Assembly: GCF_000012345.1 (NCBI RefSeq)
Contig: NC_007205.1
Span: 960,001 to 992,000 of the forward strand
Direction: 5' to 3'
DNA from: Candidatus Pelagibacter ubique HTCC1062
Lineage (GTDB): Bacteria; Pseudomonadota; Alphaproteobacteria; Pelagibacterales; Pelagibacteraceae
DNA length: 32,000 bases
Part shown: positions 10,015 to 18,128 of the stretch, piece after piece
Layout: each line of letters starts with the position of its first letter
How positions within the stretch are numbered: the first letter of the stretch is position 1
Notes under the pieces: generated by a model
Told to the model about the DNA's origin: nothing
Database searches by the model: none
Seen by the model: the letters and a program-made list of their open reading frames with translations, nothing else
Program-made: the position numbers and the translations under genes

Positions 10015-11127
10015 ATGGCGTTAAAGAATTTCAAATTTAATGTCATAGAAAGCAATAAATTTGCTAGAGTTGGAGTAATCGAAACTCATAGAGGCAATAT
10101 TCAAACACCTGCTTTTATGCCTGTTGGAACACAGGCAACTGTAAAAGCTTGTCTTATTGACGATGTTATTAAAACAGGATCTGAAATAATTTTATCAAAT
10201 ACCTATCACTTAATGATCAGACCAGGTGTTGATAGAATTATTTCTGCTGGTGGTCTACATAAATTTATGAATTGCAAACTTCCCATACTTACAGATTCTG
10301 GTGGGTTTCAAGTTATGTCTCTTTCTAAATTAAACAAAGTAGACAGAGAAAAGGGTGCAATATTTAACTCTCATGTAGATGGTAAAAAATTTATATTAAG
10401 TCCAGAAGAAAGCATAAGAGTTCAAAAGGGTTTAGACTCTGATATTGTTATGATTATGGATGAGTGTCCTAAGAAAACTACTGACTATAAAGTAATTAAT
10501 AAATCCATGGAACTATCCATATATTGGGCCGAAAGATCTAAAATAGCTTTTGGATTAAATCCACATAAAGCTTTATTTGGAATAATCCAGGGTGGTCTAT
10601 TCAAAGATCTAAGAACAAAATCTCTTAATAACTTAATTAAAATTGGCTTCGATGGATATGCTATTGGTGGACTTGCTGTAGGAGAAAGTCAAAATGAAAT
10701 GTTTAGTGTTTTAGATGATTTAAAAAATATTATGCCTGATGATAAACCAAGATATTTAATGGGTGTGGGGACGCCAGCCGATATTCTTGGAGCTGTTAAG
10801 AGAGGTGTTGATATGTTTGACTGTGTAATGCCTACGAGATCTGGAAGAACTGGTTTAGCTTTTACTTGGAATGGTCGTGTGAATATCAAAAATAATAAAT
10901 ATAAAAATGATAATGAACCTCTTGATCCAAATTGTTCAAATTTAAATCTTAACAAGTATTCAAAAAACTATATAAATCATCTCTTCAATACAAACGAAAT
11001 CTTAGGTTCTACACTTTTAACCTTACATAACATCAACTTTTATCAAGAATTAATGTCTTCTATTAGAGAAAATATTAAAAAAGGTACATTTGATAAATTT
11101 CATGATGAATACATTGATAAGTTGTAA
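10015..11127 (+). CDS. tgt: Queuine tRNA-ribosyltransferase (tRNA-guanine transglycosylase)
   Basis: 370 aa. The catalytic contexts 'LTDSGGFQV' and 'GVGTPADIL...DMFDCVMPTR' are conserved. The zinc-site region is degenerate (see findings). Confidence 0.93.
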   Translation: MALKNFKFNVIESNKFARVGVIETHRGNIQTPAFMPVGTQATVKACLIDDVIKTGSEIILSNTYHLMIRPGVDRIISAGGLHKFMNCKLPILTDSGGFQVMSLSKLNKVDREKGAIFNSHVDGKKFILSPEESIRVQKGLDSDIVMIMDECPKKTTDYKVINKSMELSIYWAERSKIAFGLNPHKALFGIIQGGLFKDLRTKSLNNLIKIGFDGYAIGGLAVGESQNEMFSVLDDLKNIMPDDKPRYLMGVGTPADILGAVKRGVDMFDCVMPTRSGRTGLAFTWNGRVNIKNNKYKNDNEPLDPNCSNLNLNKYSKNYINHLFNTNEILGSTLLTLHNINFYQELMSSIRENIKKGTFDKFHDEYIDKL

Positions 11128-11249
11128 TTTAAATATTTGCAATTTCCGATGTTATGGAATAAATAATTGTTTTTTGGTAATAAAAATTATTTAAGTTTGA
11201 TATTTTTTTATTGTTTAAATTTTTAAGTGTAAAGAAATTTAAAAATTTT

Positions 11250-11278
11250 AAAGAAGACTTCACCAAAAGTTTTTTTTT
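11250..11278 (+). terminator. Weak AT-rich hairpin with a T-run, a possible intrinsic terminator ahead of tRNA-Lys
   Basis: AAAGAAGACTT (11250-11260) pairs with AAGTTTTTTTT (11267-11277) as 11 bp including 2 G:T wobbles, with loop CACCAA. The only G:C pair is C58:G69, and the T-run is largely used up by the stem. Confidence 0.2.
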
Positions 11279-11327
11279 AAAATTAAATAAAAAAAAACAT
11301 TAATCTCAACTTTAATAATTTATATGT

Positions 11328-11403
<76 letters not shown>

Positions 11404-11423
11404 CTAAAATAATCTTTTAAATG

Positions 11424-12251
11424 TTAGCTAATTGTAATCGGTGAATAGTCTAATATGACACTATTTTCCCATTCTGATAAATCTTTTATTCTTTTTGAGG
11501 ATGATGGGTGGGTGCTCATAAATTGAGGTGGTTCTTTGCCTTTATTTTCTGCCTTCATCCTTTCCCATAACTTTTTAGTTTCCCTTATATCAAAGCCAGA
11601 TAAAGATGCAAAAATCATTCCCAGGTAATCAGCTTCACTTTCTTGAGTCCTTGAGAAAGGATTCATTATTCCTATTTGTGATAATAAACCTACGGTGTTC
11701 ATGCCTGTAGCTTGATTGATTTGCCCTAACTTTCCACCTGAAAAAATATCGATCAAAGAAGTTCCAGTTTGTAAAAGTGCACTTCTACTGGCTCTTTCAA
11801 CCGAATGTTTAGCAACAGCATGTGCAATCTCATGACCCATAACTGAGGCAAGACCGTTTGTATTTTTTGTTACATCAAGTATTCCTGTATACACAGCTAT
11901 TTTACCACCTGGCATGCACCAAGCATTTTTTACTTTTTTATTATCTATTAAAATATACTCCCAATCAAAATTAACAGTTGGATCATTTTGACCTGCTCTA
12001 TAAAAATACTCAGATATAGCGTCTTCCATTCTTTTTCCAATATCTTTAATTTCATTGAGTGTTTTAGTGTCATCACTCATTTTTTCTTTTTCTTTAACTT
12101 TTTCAAAAATTTGAGCTGCCTGAGCATTTAATTTTGATTCAGGTATAATTTTCAATTGTCTTCTGTCTGTTATTGGGGCCGTAGAACAAGCACCGAGCAT
12201 TAAGCCCGAACATCCGCATCCAATATAATTTAAAAATTTTCTTCTATTCAT
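11424..12251 (-). CDS. M48-family zinc metallopeptidase, predicted lipoprotein (YcaL/LoiP-like)
   Basis: 275 aa. 'GHEIAHAVAKH' (HExxH) and a downstream 'ESEADYLG' third-ligand region are present. The N-terminus 'MNRRKFLNYIGCGCSGLMLGAC' has a Tat-like RRxFL motif plus a lipobox. Confidence 0.85.
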   Translation of the reverse strand: MNRRKFLNYIGCGCSGLMLGACSTAPITDRRQLKIIPESKLNAQAAQIFEKVKEKEKMSDDTKTLNEIKDIGKRMEDAISEYFYRAGQNDPTVNFDWEYILIDNKKVKNAWCMPGGKIAVYTGILDVTKNTNGLASVMGHEIAHAVAKHSVERASRSALLQTGTSLIDIFSGGKLGQINQATGMNTVGLLSQIGIMNPFSRTQESEADYLGMIFASLSGFDIRETKKLWERMKAENKGKEPPQFMSTHPSSSKRIKDLSEWENSVILDYSPITIS

Positions 12252-12290
12252 TTTATTAAAATTTTGATAATCATATAAATATATACTTTT

Positions 12291-12368
12291 ATGAATTTAA
12301 ACAATAAAATCTTGGTTGTGCTTTTTGTTATAGCTGTATCTTTTGTAATTTATTCTAGCTATCATTAA
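12291..12368 (+). CDS. Candidate small hydrophobic protein (25 aa, MNLNNKILVVLFVIAVSFVIYSSYH)
   Basis: The ATG...TAA ORF is too short for the ORF track. It has a polar N-terminus followed by a ~15-residue hydrophobic stretch. Its stop lies 6 nt before the DUF502 ATG, a spacing typical of operons in this window. I have no homology evidence. Confidence 0.3.
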   Translation: MNLNNKILVVLFVIAVSFVIYSSYH

Positions 12369-12374
12369 ATTTTT

Positions 12375-12989
12375 ATGTCTATTAAGAAGAAAAAATCATT
12401 TGCTTTAAGATTAAGAAACTATTTTTTTACAGGTGTAATTGTTTTAATTCCAATTGGTTTTACCCTTTATTTAAGCAAATTTTTAATTAATTTTTCTACT
12501 AAATTAGTACCATCAGGTCTAAATCCTAATACTTATCTTCCTTATGCGATACCTGGTATTGAAATAATTTTAACAATTATTTTTATTACAGTTGTTGGTG
12601 GTCTTTCTTTAACTTTTATCGGTAAAAAATTTTTACAAATAATTGATGATTTGTTTAAAAGAATGCCAATATTAAGAACAATCTATTCTGCCATTGGACA
12701 AATGACAGATTCCTTTCGGGCGCAAGAAGGCAATAAAAAAAGTGTTGTACTAGTTGAGTATCCAAGAAAAGGATCTTGGGCCGTAGGTTTTGCTACGAAA
12801 GAAAATACAGGTGAAATTAAAGCAAAAATAAATATTAACTTAGTTAATGTTTTTGTTCCAACAACTCCTAACCCAACAAGTGGTTTTTTATTAATGATAC
12901 CAAAAGATGATTTGATCTATTTAGATATGACATTTGAAGAAGCATCAAAATTTATAGTCTCGGCTGGAACTTCTAAGCCTAAAAGCTAA
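12375..12989 (+). CDS. DUF502 domain-containing membrane protein
   Basis: 204 aa. It has two N-terminal TM segments followed by 'FKRMPILRTIYSAIGQM' and 'VFVPTTPNPTSGFLLMIP', which match my recollection of the DUF502 family pattern. Confidence 0.75.
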   Translation: MSIKKKKSFALRLRNYFFTGVIVLIPIGFTLYLSKFLINFSTKLVPSGLNPNTYLPYAIPGIEIILTIIFITVVGGLSLTFIGKKFLQIIDDLFKRMPILRTIYSAIGQMTDSFRAQEGNKKSVVLVEYPRKGSWAVGFATKENTGEIKAKININLVNVFVPTTPNPTSGFLLMIPKDDLIYLDMTFEEASKFIVSAGTSKPKS

Positions 12990-15037
12990 ACCATATCATT
13001 AATTATATCTGCTTGATCGTATAACTTGAGTAAAGCTTTATATTTTTTGATATCAGTATTTTCTAATTCTATCTTTTTAATTTGTTTCTCTGCCATTAAA
13101 AATAAATCTTCATTTTGAATGGGGTCTGCTAACCTAAAATTTTTAATTCCACTTTGTTTAAAACCAAGTAAATCACCAAAACCTCTTAACTTCATATCTT
13201 CTTCTGAAATTTCAAAACCATCATTAGAGTTTTTTAAAATATTAATTCTTTTTTTAGCATTCACACTTAAATTCGACTTAAACATCAATATACAGCTTGC
13301 CTGTTTTGTTCCACGTCCAACTCTTCCTCTTAACTGATGTAGCTGAGATAATCCAAATTTGTTAGCATTTTCTATTATGATTACATTAGCATTAGGAAAG
13401 TCAATACCAACTTCTATAATTGTTGTCGAAACTAAAATTGAATATTTTTTATTAAGAAATTTATTTAATATTTCTTCCTTCTCTTCATTTGCAATTTTTC
13501 CATGTAGTAGCGCAACTTTATTTGGAAAAATTTCATTAAGAAATTTATATTTCGTAACTGATGATTGGTGATCTAATTTTTTTGATTCTTCTATCAAAGG
13601 ACACACCCAGAAGATTTGGTTTCCTTCTTTTATTTCTTTTTTTACAAAGTTGATAACATCATCTATTTTACTTTCTAATTTGCTATAAGTTTTAACTTCT
13701 TTTCTATTACTTGGTTTTTCTTTAATAATAGAAACATCCATATCACCATAAACTGACATAGTTAGAGTTCTCGGAATTGGTGTCGCTGACATTAAAAGAA
13801 CATCACAATTATCACCCCCTTTATCTGATAAAAGTTTTCTTTGTCTAACACCGAATTTGTGCTGTTCATCAATTATAATATAACCAAGGTTTGCAAAAAT
13901 AATTTTTTTTTGAAAAATTGCATGTGTGCCAAATACCATTTGAATTTCATTGTTTTCCAGGTTTTTTATAATTCTCTTTTTTTCACTATTTTCACTCTTA
14001 CTAGAAAGTAATTCAATTTTGATATCTTTAGGAAATAGTTTTTTTGCTAAAGTATAATGCTGTCTTGCCAATATTTCAGTAGGAGCCATTAATGCAACTT
14101 GGAACCCTGAATTAATGACATTCAACGAAGAAATCAATGCAACAATAGTTTTACCACTCCCAACGTCACCTTGCAAAAGTCTAAACATTTTACTTTTAGA
14201 ATTTAGATCCTTATTAATATCACCCAATGAAATTTTTTGATCATTGGTAAGTGTAAAGTTTAATTTATTAACTATATTTTTATGAGCTTTTTCGCTGAAG
14301 TTTTTAGAAATTTTTTTAATTTTCTTAATTTTTTTTCGAATTTCCGAATTAACTAAAAAAGATGCTAATATTTCATCATAAGCAAGTCTTTTATAAAAAT
14401 CAGATTTATAATTTTCAATATTTTTTGGATCATGTAATTTTATTATAGATTCATTCCAACTTTCATTATTAAAAATTTTTAGAATATCTTTATCGTGCCA
14501 CTCTGGTAAAATAGGTAAGTTTTTTAAAATTTGATTAATAATTTTATTATAGGTTTTTTCAGTAATACCTTCTGTTAATGAGTATTTATTATCAATATTT
14601 TCAATTAATGAACTGTCTTGTGAAATATATGTGGGATTCGTTATTTGATATCGGCCTTTATAATTGCCTATCTTCCCACTAATTGTCACTTCTTCATTTA
14701 GTGGTAAAATTTTTCTTACATATCCTTCATGACTATTAAAGAATATACAATCAATCTTTCCAGTTTCATCAATACAATTAACTCTATTGGGTAAGTTTCT
14801 AACTCTTGGAAATTGATATTTTAATGGAACAATTCTGATAGTTTGGATTACTCCTATTTGAAGATCGCAAATTTTACTAACAAGTGTTCTATCTGTATAA
14901 GATTTAGGCAGTCTCCACAGCAAGTCAAAAATATTATTTACTTTTTTTTTCTTCAAAATTTCCATGGTTTTTTTACCCACACCATTTAATTTGGTTAGAT
15001 CAGCTAATAAATAATCATAATTATTCTTATTTTTCAT
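12986..15037 (-). CDS. recG: ATP-dependent DNA helicase RecG
   Basis: 683 aa. Walker A 'GDVGSGKT', 'IIDEQHKFG' (DExH) and motif VI 'HQLRGRVGRG' are present, together with an N-terminal wedge/OB region. Confidence 0.95.
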   Translation of the reverse strand: MKNKNNYDYLLADLTKLNGVGKKTMEILKKKKVNNIFDLLWRLPKSYTDRTLVSKICDLQIGVIQTIRIVPLKYQFPRVRNLPNRVNCIDETGKIDCIFFNSHEGYVRKILPLNEEVTISGKIGNYKGRYQITNPTYISQDSSLIENIDNKYSLTEGITEKTYNKIINQILKNLPILPEWHDKDILKIFNNESWNESIIKLHDPKNIENYKSDFYKRLAYDEILASFLVNSEIRKKIKKIKKISKNFSEKAHKNIVNKLNFTLTNDQKISLGDINKDLNSKSKMFRLLQGDVGSGKTIVALISSLNVINSGFQVALMAPTEILARQHYTLAKKLFPKDIKIELLSSKSENSEKKRIIKNLENNEIQMVFGTHAIFQKKIIFANLGYIIIDEQHKFGVRQRKLLSDKGGDNCDVLLMSATPIPRTLTMSVYGDMDVSIIKEKPSNRKEVKTYSKLESKIDDVINFVKKEIKEGNQIFWVCPLIEESKKLDHQSSVTKYKFLNEIFPNKVALLHGKIANEEKEEILNKFLNKKYSILVSTTIIEVGIDFPNANVIIIENANKFGLSQLHQLRGRVGRGTKQASCILMFKSNLSVNAKKRINILKNSNDGFEISEEDMKLRGFGDLLGFKQSGIKNFRLADPIQNEDLFLMAEKQIKKIELENTDIKKYKALLKLYDQADIINDMV

Positions 15038-15061
15038 ATTAGTTGTAATATATTAAATATT

Positions 15062-15328
15062 ATGACCATTAATATAAAGGATTTAAAAAATAAAATAACT
15101 TATAGAGCTAACTATAGAGGCACCAAAGAAATGGATAAATTGTTAGGTTCATTTACTAAAAAATATATTGATCAGTTTAATGAACAAGAGCTAACCCTTT
15201 TGTGTGATTTGTTAGACTTAGATGATGATAATCTTTATAAATTTAATCAAGGTCAAAATCCAACGATTCAAATTGAATTAAACAAAGTTACAGAGATGTT
15301 TCAAAACTATAATTATGCAAGTGAATAG
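15062..15328 (+). CDS. sdhE: FAD assembly factor SdhE (succinate dehydrogenase assembly factor 2, DUF339)
   Basis: 88 aa. The 'RGTKEMD' (RGxxE) motif and 'LLDLDDDNLYKF' are present. It is divergent from recG, as in many alphaproteobacteria. Confidence 0.8.
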   Translation: MTINIKDLKNKITYRANYRGTKEMDKLLGSFTKKYIDQFNEQELTLLCDLLDLDDDNLYKFNQGQNPTIQIELNKVTEMFQNYNYASE

Positions 15329-15418
15329 TGGCGGAGAGACTGAGATTCGAACTCAGGAAAGAGTTGCCCCTTTGCCGGTTTTCAAGACCGGTGCATTCAA
15401 CCGCTCTGCCATCTCTCC
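15329..15418 (-). tRNA. tRNA-Ser (anticodon UGA)
   Basis: The reverse complement folds as acceptor GGAGAGA/TCTCTCC, 3-bp D-stem GCA/TGC, anticodon arm CCGGT-CTTGAAA-ACCGG, a long variable arm, T-arm CTGAG-TTCGAAT-CTCAG, discriminator G and encoded CCA. It is 90 nt long. Confidence 0.93.
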
Positions 15419-15463
15419 GTTAGCAACGTTTTATTATTATAAATTTTTAATTCAACAATAAAA

Positions 15464-15492
15464 TTGATAAATTAAACAGATAATCATTTAAT
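15464..15492 (+). promoter_or_regulatory. Candidate sigma70-like promoter for rarD and the downstream gene chain
   Basis: TTGATA (15464-15469), N17, TTTAAT (15487-15492), about 19 nt upstream of the rarD GTG. The upstream neighbour is an opposite-strand tRNA, so a promoter must lie in this 92-nt spacer. Chance matches are likely in AT-rich DNA. Confidence 0.35.
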
Positions 15493-15510
15493 AGGTATAA
15501 ATTTATTACT

Positions 15511-16392
15511 GTGGAAAAGCAAAAATTCAATACAGGTATAGGATTAACTGCACTAGGTTCTTTTTGGTGGGGTGTTATTGGTGTTATTTACTTCAAATAT
15601 ATTTCATTTGCAGGCTCTATAGAGGTAGTGATCCATCGTTGTGTGTGGACATCTGTAGCTTTAATAATAACTACTTTTTATTTTTCTAAATGGGATATTT
15701 TTTTTGAAATTATAAAAAATAAAAGAAATATAATTTATTTATTTTTTTCAAGCTTACTAATTTTTATAAATTGGGCAACCTGGATTTATGCAGTGGGTAC
15801 TGAAAAAATTATCGATGCAAGCTTTGGTTATTTTATTATGCCAATCTTAAGCGTATTCCTGGGATATATCTTTTATGGTGAAAAAATTAATAAAAGAAGA
15901 TGTCTTTCCATACTTCTTGTTTTGCTGTCTATATCATTTCTTTTATTTAAAAGTTTTCATTCAATACCATGGGTTGGAATAATTGTAGCTCTAAGTTGGG
16001 GTTTTTATAATCTTCTTAGAAAAAAAGTAAATGTTGATACCGATGTTGGACTTTTAATAGAAAGTCTTTTTATATTACCATTTGCGTTATTTGCTTTTTT
16101 TTTACTTTTTAAAAATAATTTAAATCTTTTTAGTATTAACGAGCCTTCATTGATGTTTATACTAATGTTAGCTGGACCAATGACTGTTATACCTCTATTT
16201 CTATATGTAAGAGGTGTTGAGTTGTGTGGCCTTGGACCCACTGGAATGATTTTCTACATAACCCCAACATTTCAATTTTTATTGGGCTTTTTTTATTATG
16301 ATGAGGCTTTTTCTTTTGATAAATCATTAAGTTTCATTTTAATATGGATTGCTGTAATTATTTATTTAAAAGATTTATATGAACATAATTAA
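15511..16392 (+). CDS. rarD: RarD-type EamA/DMT family transporter
   Basis: 293 aa with 10 TM-like segments. The N-terminus 'GIGLTALGSFWWGVIGVIYFKYI' resembles E. coli RarD. It uses a GTG start, and there is no nearby in-frame ATG. Confidence 0.8.
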   Translation: MEKQKFNTGIGLTALGSFWWGVIGVIYFKYISFAGSIEVVIHRCVWTSVALIITTFYFSKWDIFFEIIKNKRNIIYLFFSSLLIFINWATWIYAVGTEKIIDASFGYFIMPILSVFLGYIFYGEKINKRRCLSILLVLLSISFLLFKSFHSIPWVGIIVALSWGFYNLLRKKVNVDTDVGLLIESLFILPFALFAFFLLFKNNLNLFSINEPSLMFILMLAGPMTVIPLFLYVRGVELCGLGPTGMIFYITPTFQFLLGFFYYDEAFSFDKSLSFILIWIAVIIYLKDLYEHN

Positions 16393-17380
16393 ATATTTTA
16401 TAATTATATTTTTCACATTTATTCACGGAACACTATATGCCAATGAAAAAGAATTTAAGGAGTGGTTGGTTAATTTCAAAGCTTATGCTTTAGAAAAAAA
16501 AATCTCAGAAAAGACATTCAATTTAGCAATGTCTGATGTTGTGTTTTTACCTGATGTAATAAAATATGACCGTTTTCAGCCTGAGTTTTATGAAGATACC
16601 AAAACTTACATATCCAAAAGAACCTCTAAACAAAAAGTAAGTGCGGGCATTAAACTTTATGAATTAAATAAAGATTTCATAAATTCTGTCGACAATAAAT
16701 TTTCTGTTGAGAAAGAGTTGCTTTTAGCATTAATGGGAATAGAGACTAATTTTGGAACTTATGTTGGAAAAATGGATATATTATCATCACTTGCAACTTT
16801 AAGTTATGATCAACGTAGATCTGATTTCTTTACCAAAGAATTAATTACTATTCTTCAATTAATAGATGAGGGGAAAATAAACCATAACATTTTATATGGG
16901 TCATGGGCAGGTGCCTTTGGTTTTTTTCAATTTATGCCATCTACAATAGACAACTATGCAATAGACTATGATAAAAATAACATTATTGAGCTTAAATCAA
17001 CTAAAGATTCATTTGCATCTGCAGCTAACTACATAAATAAAATAGGATGGAAAAAAAACCAACCTTGTTTCATTAAAGTCAAATTAAAAGAAAATATACC
17101 TAACAATATATTAAATATATCTGCAAAAAAACTTCACCATAAAATTAAATTTAAGCTTTTAAAGAAATATATAATTAATGAAGATAGTTTTAATTCTATT
17201 AATGAAAATTTGATTGCATCAATAATAACGCCAGACAAAGATATAATACCAGATGCACAAAACTTAGATCCAGCCTACATAGTTTTTGATAATTATGAAA
17301 AAATACTACAATGGAATAGATCTTTAAGATTCAGTCTCGCAGTATGCACATTAAAAGAAAAGTTTGAAAATGCTTTATAA
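16379..17380 (+). CDS. Lytic murein transglycosylase (MltB/SLT_2 type)
   Basis: 333 aa with a signal peptide. The catalytic-Glu context 'LLALMGIETNFG' and 'SWAGAFGFFQFMPST' are present. It overlaps rarD by 14 nt. Confidence 0.88.
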   Translation: MNIIKYFIIIFFTFIHGTLYANEKEFKEWLVNFKAYALEKKISEKTFNLAMSDVVFLPDVIKYDRFQPEFYEDTKTYISKRTSKQKVSAGIKLYELNKDFINSVDNKFSVEKELLLALMGIETNFGTYVGKMDILSSLATLSYDQRRSDFFTKELITILQLIDEGKINHNILYGSWAGAFGFFQFMPSTIDNYAIDYDKNNIIELKSTKDSFASAANYINKIGWKKNQPCFIKVKLKENIPNNILNISAKKLHHKIKFKLLKKYIINEDSFNSINENLIASIITPDKDIIPDAQNLDPAYIVFDNYEKILQWNRSLRFSLAVCTLKEKFENAL

Positions 17381-18128
17381 AAAACTATTAATTTTATGCT
17401 GTTTAATTTTATTAAATAACTGTACAGCAACAACCACAACCAAAAATAAAAATCTTAATTCATTAGAAAATCCATTTATAAATAAAGGATTTAGTCTTAT
17501 ATATAATGATAAACTTTATTATGATAAGGTTATTTCCAAAAAAATTGATGAACGAAGCTTAGTTATTTTTCAAAAAAATTTAAAAAAAAATACAATTGTT
17601 AAAATTACTAATATTTTAAATAACAAATCAATTATAGGTACTGTTGGTAGTAATGCTGATTATCCTTTTTTTAACAATGGAGTATTATCATTGAGAATAG
17701 CAGATGAAATTGGTTTGAATGAAAATGAACCTTATGTAGAGATTTTAGAAGTCCTTGAAGATGCAATATTTGTTGCAAAAAGAGCAAAGACGTTTGAAGA
17801 AGAAAAAAAAGTTGCAAACAAAGCACCAGTTAACAATATTAATATTAGTGATCTTAATACTAAACAAAAATACACTAAAAATGAACTAAGTAAAAAATTT
17901 TCTTATGAAATAAAAATAGCTGATTTTTATTTCAATGATACAGCATCATTGCTAGTTGATAGAATCGTAAAAGAAACCATGATTAAAAATGTCAAAATCA
18001 AAAAAATTAATGAAAAAAAATATAGAGTATATGCAGGTCCTTTTAATAACATTAACTCTCTACAAAAATCATTTAATGATATAAGCATACTTGAATTTGA
18101 AAATATTGAGATTATAAAAAATGATTAA
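17370..18128 (+). CDS. RlpA-like lipoprotein with a divergent double-psi beta-barrel region and a C-terminal SPOR domain
   Basis: I prefer the ATG at 17370 to the track's TTG at 17364. It has a signal and Cys ('LILLNNC'). 'VKITNILNNKSIIGTVGSNADYP...LSLRIADEIGL' resembles the second half of the RlpA DPBB domain. The C-terminal 'KKYRVYAGPFNNINSLQKS' is SPOR-like. Its position between mltB and dac matches alphaproteobacterial rlpA. Confidence 0.6.
   Translation: MLYKKLLILCCLILLNNCTATTTTKNKNLNSLENPFINKGFSLIYNDKLYYDKVISKKIDERSLVIFQKNLKKNTIVKITNILNNKSIIGTVGSNADYPFFNNGVLSLRIADEIGLNENEPYVEILEVLEDAIFVAKRAKTFEEEKKVANKAPVNNINISDLNTKQKYTKNELSKKFSYEIKIADFYFNDTASLLVDRIVKETMIKNVKIKKINEKKYRVYAGPFNNINSLQKSFNDISILEFENIEIIKND

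Noticed and set aside
11128-11327. A riboswitch or structured sRNA in the 200-nt spacer
   Set aside because: The sequence is almost pure A/T and cannot form GC-supported helices apart from one weak hairpin. It matches none of the riboswitch cores I know (glycine, SAM-II/V, TPP).
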